Positions 1 through 6,594 of a stretch of DNA of 30,597 bases are shown piece by piece. The position numbers and the translations under genes were made by a program. Under the pieces are notes generated by a model, which saw nothing but the letters and a program-made list of their open reading frames with translations, searched no databases and was not told the DNA's origin. Source of the stretch: a virus (Duplodnaviria; Caudoviricetes); IMG/VR virus record IMGVR_UViG_3300020042_006438, positions 1-30,597 of that record, one strand, 5' to 3'. Within the stretch, counting starts at the first letter, position 1. Every line of letters starts with the position of its first letter.

Positions 1-23
1 TTAACGGAAAAAAGGGTTGCAAA

Positions 24-461
24 GTGGAAGAAAATCTACGCACAAAACAGATCGAATCTATTATTAAAACTGAATTGGAGAACTGGCTGGTATGGGGCAA
101 AAAAAGGGATTGGCTTCCAGTTTCTTTTAAGTGTGTTTTGGGTACGTTATATATTAGACCGCGCATACCGATTGGTGATGAGCGATATGACACTACTTAC
201 ACGCCCCCAATAATTCCAACAGAATCAAGTGCTGCTGATTTTGAGCGTATTGTGATTAAACTGCCAGAGCGGCATAAAAAAGCGTTTGTCGCGCATCATT
301 TAGAAAAAGCCGTTGTTGACGGCAAAATGATTAAATTGCCGCAACGCGATGCTAAAGCCAAAATACTGGGCGTAGGAAAATCACAGTATCACGACTTAGT
401 TAATCAAGCGCATGTGATGGTATTGCGAGAATGGCGAAAAATATTTGTAAAAAATAGTTGA
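24..461 (+). CDS. Antiterminator Q-like protein
   Basis: N-terminal 'LENWLVW', C-terminal sigma4-like HTH 'AKILGVGKSQYHDLVNQAH'; its stop codon overlaps a pR'-like promoter that precedes a terminator-rich late operon. Confidence 0.7.
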   Translation: MEENLRTKQIESIIKTELENWLVWGKKRDWLPVSFKCVLGTLYIRPRIPIGDERYDTTYTPPIIPTESSAADFERIVIKLPERHKKAFVAHHLEKAVVDGKMIKLPQRDAKAKILGVGKSQYHDLVNQAHVMVLREWRKIFVKNS

Positions 462-486
462 CAACCGGACTTTAGTCGATTATTTT
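458..486 (+). promoter_or_regulatory. Late promoter, pR'-like
   Basis: TTGACA (458-463), 17-bp spacer, TATTTT (481-486), directly at the end of the Q-like gene. Confidence 0.7.
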
Positions 487-525
487 ACTGTTAATCCATA
501 TAGGATGGTTTTGCACACTCCAATA

Positions 526-548
526 AACCCGCTTAAGTTTGCGGGTTC
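526..548 (+). terminator. tR'-like hairpin
   Basis: AACCCGC-8nt-GCGGGTT about 40 nt after the promoter; weak U tail. Confidence 0.4.
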
Positions 549-564
549 TAAAAACATCCCAATC

Positions 565-823
565 AATGCAATTAGAAGAAAAAATAACAATTTTTGGTCG
601 AGAAATGACGCGCTGTATCGCGAATAGACGACTAAGAAGCGGTGGCGGCCAATGCCGTCAAGCTGTTAAACCTAACAGTAAGCATTGTGTTTATCATCAA
701 GTAAAGCCAATGCGCCCGTTCAAGCCTGCTAATTTTGCGGGTAGTGCAGCAGATATTAAGCGTAGGCAAGAATCGTGGCAAAAAATGCTGGAGTATGCGA
801 GTACGTTGGGTTATAATTCTTAA
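565..823 (+). CDS. Small basic protein with a C-C-C-H zinc-finger-like motif (HGGxSTG-domain-like)
   Basis: 'RCIANRRLRSGGGQC...KHCVYH'; the internal ATG of 'MQLEEK' (about 566) is preferred over the track's TTG539. Confidence 0.4.
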
Positions 824-969
824 GTAGGATATTGATTTCCGCAATACCTATGTTTTAAAAAAATTTACTTCAATATTTGTTTTAATATAGAAATGTTGTT
901 CTAGCAATATTTCTGTTATTTTTTTTAGTAAAAATTACTTATTACTATGCGCCCCATAGCGCATCAAAG

Positions 970-998
970 AAAGCCCCTTAATTGGGGCTTTTTATTTT
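970..998 (+). terminator. Intrinsic terminator
   Basis: AAAGCCCC-TTAATT-GGGGCTTT followed by a T-rich tail. Confidence 0.8.
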
Positions 999-1009
999 AT
1001 TGGGATGCT

Positions 1010-1144
1010 ATGCTCGATAAATCTAAAAACAAACGTTATTGCGATAAGCCGAAAGACCCAAAACCACAACCAACGCGCAAAGAATTGCGTAGGCAATTAG
1101 GATGGGAATTGGCAGAAGCGCAAAGAAATCGTGTTATTCGTTGA
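1010..1144 (+). CDS. Small basic hypothetical protein (44 aa, 'ELRRQLGW' motif)
   Basis: The 5' part of track ORF 947-1144 runs through a terminator; ATG1010 gives MLDKSKNK...VIR. Confidence 0.5.
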   Translation: MLDKSKNKRYCDKPKDPKPQPTRKELRRQLGWELAEAQRNRVIR

Positions 1145-1245
1145 GTTTATTGGAGTGAGCCGTTATCCGCATCTGACCCTTGTTGAAAAACATAGGTGCA
1201 CGAAAAGCGAGAGTTTGGGGTACGAAGATGTGCAATAAACTCAAC
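1140..1245 (+). ncRNA. Candidate structured RNA 1
   Basis: Perfect 13-bp closing stem GTTGAGTTTATTG/CAATAAACTCAAC, stacked 7-bp stem CGCATCT/AGATGTG, internal TGTT-GAAA-AACA GNRA hairpin. Confidence 0.55.
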
Positions 1246-1339
1246 AAATAGCATTGTAGAAGCGCAACGAATTGCAGAGAAAAAATAGAGAATTGCAGAA
1301 AAATTCAGTTGTCAACGAATCCTTTACAACTGAACTATG

Positions 1340-1406
1340 AAATGAACGGCTACCCGTTGCGTGAAAGCGCCGGTAAATAGACTTGGCCAAGTGTGGCCGT
1401 TCATTT
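1340..1406 (+). ncRNA. Candidate structured RNA 2 (three-way junction)
   Basis: 14-bp stem 1340-1353/1393-1406 (one G-U), GCGT-GAAA-GCGC hairpin, palindrome ACTTGGCCAAGT; ends exactly at the 5' end of the tRNA-like RNA. Confidence 0.55.
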
Positions 1407-1491
1407 GATAGTGTAGCTCAGTCGGTAGAGCGCGGCCTTCTAGCTTAGATGCCGAAGGTCGAAGTCGTCGGTTCAAATCCGGCCACTATCA
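1407..1491 (+). tRNA. tRNA-like RNA with a 19-nt anticodon loop (CTA at positions 34-36 plus 12 extra nt; no encoded CCA)
   Basis: Acceptor GATAGTG/CACTATC; D arm GCTC-AGTCGGTA-GAGC; anticodon stem CGGCC/GGTCG; variable loop AAGTC; T arm GTCGG-TTCAAAT-CCGGC. Confidence 0.8.
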
Positions 1492-1500
1492 GCCGGTTCC

Positions 1501-1565
1501 CCGCTCTGAGAAAGTATTGCGGCTTGAAGTCCACTTCGGTGGCCGCTTGGATTGATCGCCAAGCG
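1501..1565 (+). ncRNA. Structured inter-tRNA spacer (three hairpins)
   Basis: CCGC/GCGG, CCAC-TTCG-GTGG (cUUCGg loop), CGCTTGG/CCAAGCG. Confidence 0.4.
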
Positions 1566-1571
1566 TTGTAT

Positions 1572-1648
1572 GCTGTCATAGCTCAATTTGGTAGAGCAAC
1601 GCACTTGTAACGCGTAGGTTCAGGGTTCAAATCCTTGTGACAGCGCCA
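1572..1648 (+). tRNA. tRNA-Thr(TGT)
   Basis: Full cloverleaf GCTGTCA/TGACAGC, loop CT-TGT-AA (anticodon 1606-1608), encoded CCA; A31.C39 mismatch. Confidence 0.93.
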
Positions 1649-1844
1649 AACTGTCAACCCAAAACCCATATAATGACACTTACGCTTAATGTAATAGCTA
1701 AAACATATCGTATAAATTAACTGATAGATTTTAACTATTATTATTTAATTCACAGAGGGGAATCAATGTCCCTTTGACAGAAAAATCATATAGAAAACAA
1801 AGGCTTGCGCTTCTGAAAAGTTAAAAAGAAGGTTATGCGGATTT

Positions 1845-2219
1845 TTATGTGTTTGCAATTGCAATAATAAAATCATAATGCGGCCTAATCTTTTGTTCTA
1901 CAGTTTCAGCTTTAGCGATACTTGAAAAAACTTTTTTGCCGTTAGCTGCAACAATTTTTATTGTTTGAACATCTTCGCCGCTAATTTCTACGCGCCAAGG
2001 CGCAGGTGTTGCAAGACATTTTATTGGTTCTGTTTTATTTGCTTTAGCGCATAAAAATTCGAGTGCTTCAATGACTTCAGAATTTCTCAATCCTAACGGC
2101 GTTCCCATTGCGCTAGCTAAAAAATCGCCATTTTGTGCAATTATTTGATGTCGCCCATTTTCTGTTTCCGCAACAGTCCACGGCGCTGGGTATTTATGTA
2201 ATTGGTCGATTGTTTGCAT
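1845..2219 (-). CDS. Hypothetical protein with two tandem 'PAPW' repeat domains
   Basis: 'YPAPWTV...IIAQNG' and 'TPAPWRV...IVAANG'; RBS AAGGGG. Confidence 0.75.
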   Translation of the reverse strand: MQTIDQLHKYPAPWTVAETENGRHQIIAQNGDFLASAMGTPLGLRNSEVIEALEFLCAKANKTEPIKCLATPAPWRVEISGEDVQTIKIVAANGKKVFSSIAKAETVEQKIRPHYDFIIAIANT

Positions 2220-2249
2220 ATTAATTCCCCTTATTAGTATGTATATCAG

Positions 2250-2579
2250 TTAATCTTCAACAATGTAAATAAAAGAACCGCACATTTTTACCATTGCGTT
2301 TAAAACTTTTTGCTCATATTTTTCACGTGCTTCATTCGCTAAATATTTAAAATTTGGGTGGTAATAAACTTCCGGCTTATTTTGCTCTTTTTTCATATGC
2401 CCAAGCTCGCCACGTTTTACAGCTGCATTTAATTCTTTGCGTATATCAGAAGAAACGCGGCTAGTGATTAACCTAAACCGCTCTATTTTTATAATTTCAA
2501 CGTTTGCTTGGTTTGCAGTTAATTGCCCAAGTTCCATTTTATTTTTTAATTGTTCTAGTTGGTTTTGGCTAAGTTCCAT
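2250..2579 (-). CDS. Hypothetical protein
   Basis: 109-aa ORF, RBS AAGGGG, part of the leftward operon. Confidence 0.75.
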   Translation of the reverse strand: MELSQNQLEQLKNKMELGQLTANQANVEIIKIERFRLITSRVSSDIRKELNAAVKRGELGHMKKEQNKPEVYYHPNFKYLANEAREKYEQKVLNAMVKMCGSFIYIVED

Positions 2580-2591
2580 GTTGCCCCTTTT

Positions 2592-2795
2592 TTAGCAATC
2601 TTTTAATTGTTTAGCAGCCCATCTTTTCGCGCCACCTAAAGTACTGCCTGACCATTCGTCGGCAACTTGCGCATCTTGAATTCCGTTTCCAGCATTAATT
2701 AAAAAATAAGCAAAAATGTGATCTTCTTGAACGTGTATTAAAACAGCGTAATTTCCTTTTGTTTCGATAATTCTTTCGCATTTATTCTTTTTCAT
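2592..2795 (-). CDS. Hypothetical protein
   Basis: 67-aa ORF, RBS AAGGGA. Confidence 0.7.
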   Translation of the reverse strand: MKKNKCERIIETKGNYAVLIHVQEDHIFAYFLINAGNGIQDAQVADEWSGSTLGGAKRWAAKQLKDC

Positions 2796-2805
2796 GTTGT
2801 TCCCT

Positions 2806-2921
2806 TTATTGATTGTTTGAAGTAAGCATCATTTTTTCTAATAATTCTTTTTTTATCGCTGCACGCTCTTTTGATTTTTTGCGCTTTCGTAATTTAATAG
2901 AAATTCTGTATTTGTGATCAT
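2806..2921 (-). pseudogene. Small ORF, possibly frameshifted at an A6 run (22 aa as written, 38 aa if shifted)
   Basis: RBS AGGAGAG and ATG2921; zero frame stops at 2853; the alternative frame reads SKERAAIKKELLEKMMLTSNNQ* ending at 2806 next to the following RBS. Confidence 0.4.
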
Positions 2922-2942
2922 TTTGCTCTCCTGTTGTGTGAT

Positions 2943-2982
2943 TCGATGTAGTAATTATAGATACATTAATTGCATAATGCAA
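2943..2982 (-). promoter_or_regulatory. Sigma70 promoter with overlapping palindromic operator (copy 1)
   Basis: TTGCAT-17bp-TATAAT on the minus strand; palindrome TTGCATAATGCAA at 2970-2982. Confidence 0.8.
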
Positions 2983-2985
2983 GCA

Positions 2986-3144
2986 TTATTTACTATTAAT
3001 ACTCGCAAGCCAATCTTTATACAATCGTGAACGCGAGATAGTTGATTGTTCTATACCGACGGCTTTAGCAGCGGCATAGGGCGTAAGACCTTGTTTGATT
3101 AGTTCAAGTGCTTTAAGCATCTCTTGTGAGATTCTTGCAGTCAT
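2986..3144 (-). CDS. 52-aa helix-turn-helix protein, probable repressor (absent from ORF track)
   Basis: MTARISQEMLKALELIKQGLTPYAAAKAVGIEQSTISRSRLYKDWLASINSK; HTH pattern 'AAKAVGI.QSTISR'; RBS AAAGGA. Confidence 0.8.
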   Translation of the reverse strand: MTARISQEMLKALELIKQGLTPYAAAKAVGIEQSTISRSRLYKDWLASINSK

Positions 3145-3172
3145 GTTTATCCTTTCTGTTTAGTAAATTCGT

Positions 3173-3490
3173 TTAATTAAAATCTGTAATTTTGGGATTG
3201 TTATTTACGCAAAAAAGATCAAGACGAATGTTTCCGCCCAGTGTCATTAGTAATTTATGCTGCGCGTGTTTTTTTGCTTCAGGGCGCGTCATAAAAACAG
3301 AATAAACTGGAACGCCAAACGGGATGCATTTTGACGGCGCTACATTGAGAATCAAAGAAATTGCCTTTGTTGCAATTTCAAGTGCGGCCAACCGATCACT
3401 CAAAACAGGTAATTCTTCTATGTAACGCGCTGGTCGAGTATATGCATGACCTTTATCATTTAAAGATTCAATAATTGGAATTTTTTTCAT
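3173..3490 (-). CDS. Hypothetical protein
   Basis: 105-aa ORF, RBS AGGGGT. Confidence 0.7.
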   Translation of the reverse strand: MKKIPIIESLNDKGHAYTRPARYIEELPVLSDRLAALEIATKAISLILNVAPSKCIPFGVPVYSVFMTRPEAKKHAQHKLLMTLGGNIRLDLFCVNNNPKITDFN

Positions 3491-3515
3491 TCTGTACCCC
3501 TATTAGTAGTTAGTA

Positions 3516-3812
3516 TTAAGCTGTTTGTGTGGCGGCTTCTATTTTTTCGAGTAAATCTTTTACAGTGCTATTTTTTGGCGCAATCATTTCCCAATATTCT
3601 GAATTAACGCGCACTACCCAAGTGTAAAGATTGGCTGTTTGACATTCATCGACCATAAAACTCTCAATATTGTCAGAGTAAGTCCAATTTGCAGGTAGTA
3701 AGACACATAGTAAAAATTCAAATTGGTCGGAATTAATTTGTTTTGCTGGTTCGCCATTGTTTTTACGCATTAGTTCATAACGGTTTTGAATACTATTTAT
3801 TTGGCTTGTCAT
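3516..3812 (-). CDS. Hypothetical protein, DUF1419-like
   Basis: 'INSDQFEFLLCVLLP...ESFMVDE' resembles the DUF1419 pattern (recalled, not searched); RBS AGGGGT. Confidence 0.6.
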   Translation of the reverse strand: MTSQINSIQNRYELMRKNNGEPAKQINSDQFEFLLCVLLPANWTYSDNIESFMVDECQTANLYTWVVRVNSEYWEMIAPKNSTVKDLLEKIEAATQTA

Positions 3813-3892
3813 TTTTGTACCCCTATTTATTTTTAAGCTGCTTATTCAGCAGTAAAATGTATTGGCTAATTACGACTAGCGGTATTGCTGTG

Positions 3893-3932
3893 TCGATGTA
3901 GAGATAATAAATGAGTTAGATGCATAATGCAA
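3893..3932 (-). promoter_or_regulatory. Sigma70 promoter with overlapping palindromic operator (copy 2)
   Basis: TTGCAT-17bp-TATTAT on the minus strand; palindrome TGCATAATGCA at 3921-3931; same downstream CTACATCGA as copy 1. Confidence 0.78.
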
Positions 3933-3992
3933 GTATTATTACCTGTTATTTCTAGCAGTATGATTAACCCCTGTTCTCATTAGAGAACTTTC

Positions 3993-4014
3993 GCCCCGTA
4001 ATTGGGGCTTTTTT
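3993..4014 (+). terminator. Intrinsic terminator, near-identical to the one at 973
   Basis: GCCCC-GTAATT-GGGGC-TTTTTT. Confidence 0.75.
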
Positions 4015-4029
4015 ATTTGAAAGTAAATT

Positions 4030-4098
4030 ATGAAAAAACCAGCTAAACCAATGCCAGCTAAAAAACCTATGCCAAAGCCAGGCAAAAAAGGCTGCTAA
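4030..4098 (+). CDS. 22-aa Lys/Pro-rich peptide (absent from ORF track)
   Basis: MKKPAKPMPAKKPMPKPGKKGC*; TAATG overlap with the next gene. Confidence 0.6.
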   Translation: MKKPAKPMPAKKPMPKPGKKGC

Positions 4099-4424
4099 TG
4101 GACACGCTATTCAATGCGTCAGCGCCCTGCATTACTGTTGCAGCTACAGCTAGCGCACTAACAGCAGTCGCATTGCCTGCGGGTAGCGGTAACGCTATTC
4201 GTATTGTTAATGAGAGTGCAGATATTGCGTTCATAGCACTGGGCGCGTCAGATGTAGCAGCAACGTTGCCGACATCTACAGCGACGCGCACATGTACGCC
4301 GGTTCCTGGCAATTCTGACATCATCATGCGCAGAGACACAGTGAGCGAGTTGTTTATTTCTACGATATGTAGAGCGACGAAAACAGCAACGCTGACTGTT
4401 CAAATCGGAGACGGCGGTAAATAA
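4098..4424 (+). CDS. Hypothetical beta-rich protein, possibly a virion accessory protein
   Basis: 108 aa, Ala/Thr-rich, tightly packed upstream of terS. Confidence 0.65.
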   Translation: MDTLFNASAPCITVAATASALTAVALPAGSGNAIRIVNESADIAFIALGASDVAATLPTSTATRTCTPVPGNSDIIMRRDTVSELFISTICRATKTATLTVQIGDGGK

Positions 4425-4427
4425 CAA

Positions 4428-4886
4428 ATGGATCAATTAACTGCAAAGCAACGCATGTTCGTTGCTGAATATTTAATTGATCTAAATGCGACACAAGCAG
4501 CTATTCGCGCTGGGTATAGCGTTGATACTGCAGCAGCAATTGGGCATGAAAACCTAAGAAAACCTGAGATAGATGCGGCAATCAAAGAAAGAATGAACAG
4601 GCGCTCAGAAAGCCTTGGGATTGACGCTAAATATGTCTTAGAGACGATTAAAGACACGGTTGAGAGGTGTAGACAGGCTAAGCCCGTAAAACGCTCTAAC
4701 GGCGATTTAGTGTATGTTGAGACAGAAGATGGCGAAGTGCTCCCCGCTTACACGTTTGATTCTCAAGCGGTGCTGAAAGGCGCGGAATTGCTCGGCAAGC
4801 ATTTAAAAATGTGGACTGATAAAGTTGAAACCAAAATAGACGGCGTTGTTATCGTTAAGGCGTCGGATTTAGATGAAAAGCTATAG
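4428..4886 (+). CDS. terS: Terminase small subunit
   Basis: 'LTAKQRMFVAEYLIDLNATQAAIRAGYS' and 'AELLGKHL' motifs. Confidence 0.95.
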   Translation: MDQLTAKQRMFVAEYLIDLNATQAAIRAGYSVDTAAAIGHENLRKPEIDAAIKERMNRRSESLGIDAKYVLETIKDTVERCRQAKPVKRSNGDLVYVETEDGEVLPAYTFDSQAVLKGAELLGKHLKMWTDKVETKIDGVVIVKASDLDEKL

Positions 4887-4967
4887 TTTATTGTGCAAAG
4901 CAACACACTATGAAGAGTGCCAAAAAAAACGGCCAAATACATTGTTGATTGATGCAGTGCGCAAATT

Positions 4968-6299
4968 ATGCAATTAAACGCAAAACAAGAAGAGGCGCAA
5001 AAGGTTTTGGCGGCCGATGCAACGCATATTATGTTGTTTGGTGGCAGTCGCAGCGGTAAAACGTTCCTGTTAATACGTAATGTGTGCTTTCGCGCATTAA
5101 AAGCGCCAAACAGTCGTCATGCGGTCATGCGGTTTCGTTTCAATCACGTTAAGAACTCAGTTGTACAAGACACATTCCCGAAAGTCATGCAATTAGCGTT
5201 CCCAAACGTTAAATATCACATCAATAAAACAGACTGGTTTGCAGAGTTCGAGAATGGTGCACAAATCTGGTTTGGTGGCCTCGACGATAAAGAGCGTACA
5301 GAAAAGATTTTAGGGCAAGAATACGCGACGATATATTTGAATGAGTGCAGCCAAATACCGTGGGGAAGTGTGGGTGTTGCGGTTACTCGTTTAGCGCAAA
5401 AAGTTAATCAAGTTATCGGTGATAGCACATCGTCACTGAAGCCGCGCATGTATTACGACTGCAACCCGCCAAGTAAGGCCCACTGGTCGTATCGCGTATT
5501 CATAGAAAAGCGTGATCCAGAGAGCAAACAGCCGTTGGTTCGCGGCATTGATTACGCGTATTTTCAGATTAATCCGCTCGATAACGCTAAAAACCTGTCC
5601 GACGGTTATTTGCAAACACTGCAATCATTAAGTCCGCGATTGCAGAAACGGTTCTTGTTGGGTGAGTTCGCAGACGCAACGCCTAACGCTCTATTCGCTG
5701 ATGAAATCATTGACAAATGGCGTGTATTAGATGGCAAATTACCCGATATGGTGCGTATCGTTGTAGCAGTTGACCCAAGCGGTTCCGGCGATACAGACAA
5801 TGCAGACAATGACGCAATCGGTATTTGTGTGGCAGGGCTAGGCAGTGATGGAAACGCATATTTGTTAGAAGACTGCACAGTAAAAGCAGGCCCTGCGACG
5901 TGGGGGAAAGTGGCAACTGATGCATATGATCGTCATGCCGCTGATGTGATCGTAGGCGAAATTAACTACGGTGGCGCAATGGTACAGCACGTTATTCAAA
6001 CCTCGCGGCCTAGAACGCCATACAAGCAGGTCACGGCAACAAGAGGAAAAGCGGTAAGGGCCGAGCCAATATCGGCGTTATATGATCAAGGCAAGGTTCG
6101 TCATGTCGGTATGTTCAGAGAGCTAGAAGACGAGTTAGCAGCATTCTCAACAGTGGGCTATTTGGGCGAATCTTCTCCCAACAGAGCTGACGCTGTGATA
6201 TGGGCGCTTACTGAGTTGTTCCCTGGGATTGTTAAAGAAAAAGTAGAGCCAAGGAAAAGAAAGACGCGCGAAGTAAATTCCGGTGGATGGATGGGGTAA
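4968..6299 (+). CDS. terL: Terminase large subunit
   Basis: Walker A 'GGSRSGKT', Walker B 'IYLNE', 'CNP', nuclease 'VAVDPS' and 'SPNRADA'. Confidence 0.96.
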   Translation: MQLNAKQEEAQKVLAADATHIMLFGGSRSGKTFLLIRNVCFRALKAPNSRHAVMRFRFNHVKNSVVQDTFPKVMQLAFPNVKYHINKTDWFAEFENGAQIWFGGLDDKERTEKILGQEYATIYLNECSQIPWGSVGVAVTRLAQKVNQVIGDSTSSLKPRMYYDCNPPSKAHWSYRVFIEKRDPESKQPLVRGIDYAYFQINPLDNAKNLSDGYLQTLQSLSPRLQKRFLLGEFADATPNALFADEIIDKWRVLDGKLPDMVRIVVAVDPSGSGDTDNADNDAIGICVAGLGSDGNAYLLEDCTVKAGPATWGKVATDAYDRHAADVIVGEINYGGAMVQHVIQTSRPRTPYKQVTATRGKAVRAEPISALYDQGKVRHVGMFRELEDELAAFSTVGYLGESSPNRADAVIWALTELFPGIVKEKVEPRKRKTREVNSGGWMG

Positions 6300-6301
6300 A
6301 T

Positions 6302-6526
6302 ATGATTATGACGTCGCATAGCATTACAGACTATGAAAAATGGTACAGATGGAATTCGGATAAATTTTATTGGAGTTTTACATACCGCAAAAATGCAATT
6401 TTCGATAACCGCGTCAATTTTTCGGTGGCTTTTAGCACTGGAATTTTTAAGCACATAAAATTTGATTTTGTGTTTTTTGGTCGTGGGTTTTTTATCGAAA
6501 TTAGCAAAAAATATACAGTAAAGTAA
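6302..6526 (+). CDS. AT-rich, aromatic-rich hypothetical protein (moron-like)
   Basis: 74 aa from ATG6302, between terL and portal. Confidence 0.5.
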   Translation: MIMTSHSITDYEKWYRWNSDKFYWSFTYRKNAIFDNRVNFSVAFSTGIFKHIKFDFVFFGRGFFIEISKKYTVK

Positions 6527-6594
6527 AAATACAATCGTATAAGCGCATCAAATCAAATGAAAGAACAGACAGCGGCCACGAGCCGCTAATTTTT

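Noticed and set aside
1269-1299. GAATTGCAGA direct repeat 21 bp apart, translating as RIAEKK*RIAEKF around a TAG
   Set aside because: Only two short copies with no start codon or RBS; not a CRISPR array and no support for amber readthrough.
1354-1565. Pistol or hammerhead ribozyme (TAAATAG, AAGCG and CTGAGA motifs)
   Set aside because: The required pseudoknot pairing or CUGANGA/GAAA core arrangement is absent.
1492-1570. HDV-like theta ribozyme in the 3' trailer of the CTA tRNA-like RNA
   Set aside because: It starts with G and has a TCCCCGC loop-like motif, but I could not build the nested P1/P2/P3 double pseudoknot by eye. A motif search would still be worthwhile.
1651-1780. CTGTCAA/TTGACAG 7-bp inverted repeat after tRNA-Thr (MITE or att remnant)
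   Set aside because: Too short, no target duplication, and no integrase or transposase in the window.
4884-4967. terS-terL fusion by readthrough (same frame, terS ends in TAG)
   Set aside because: Two further in-frame TGA stops (4911, 4950) lie in the gap.
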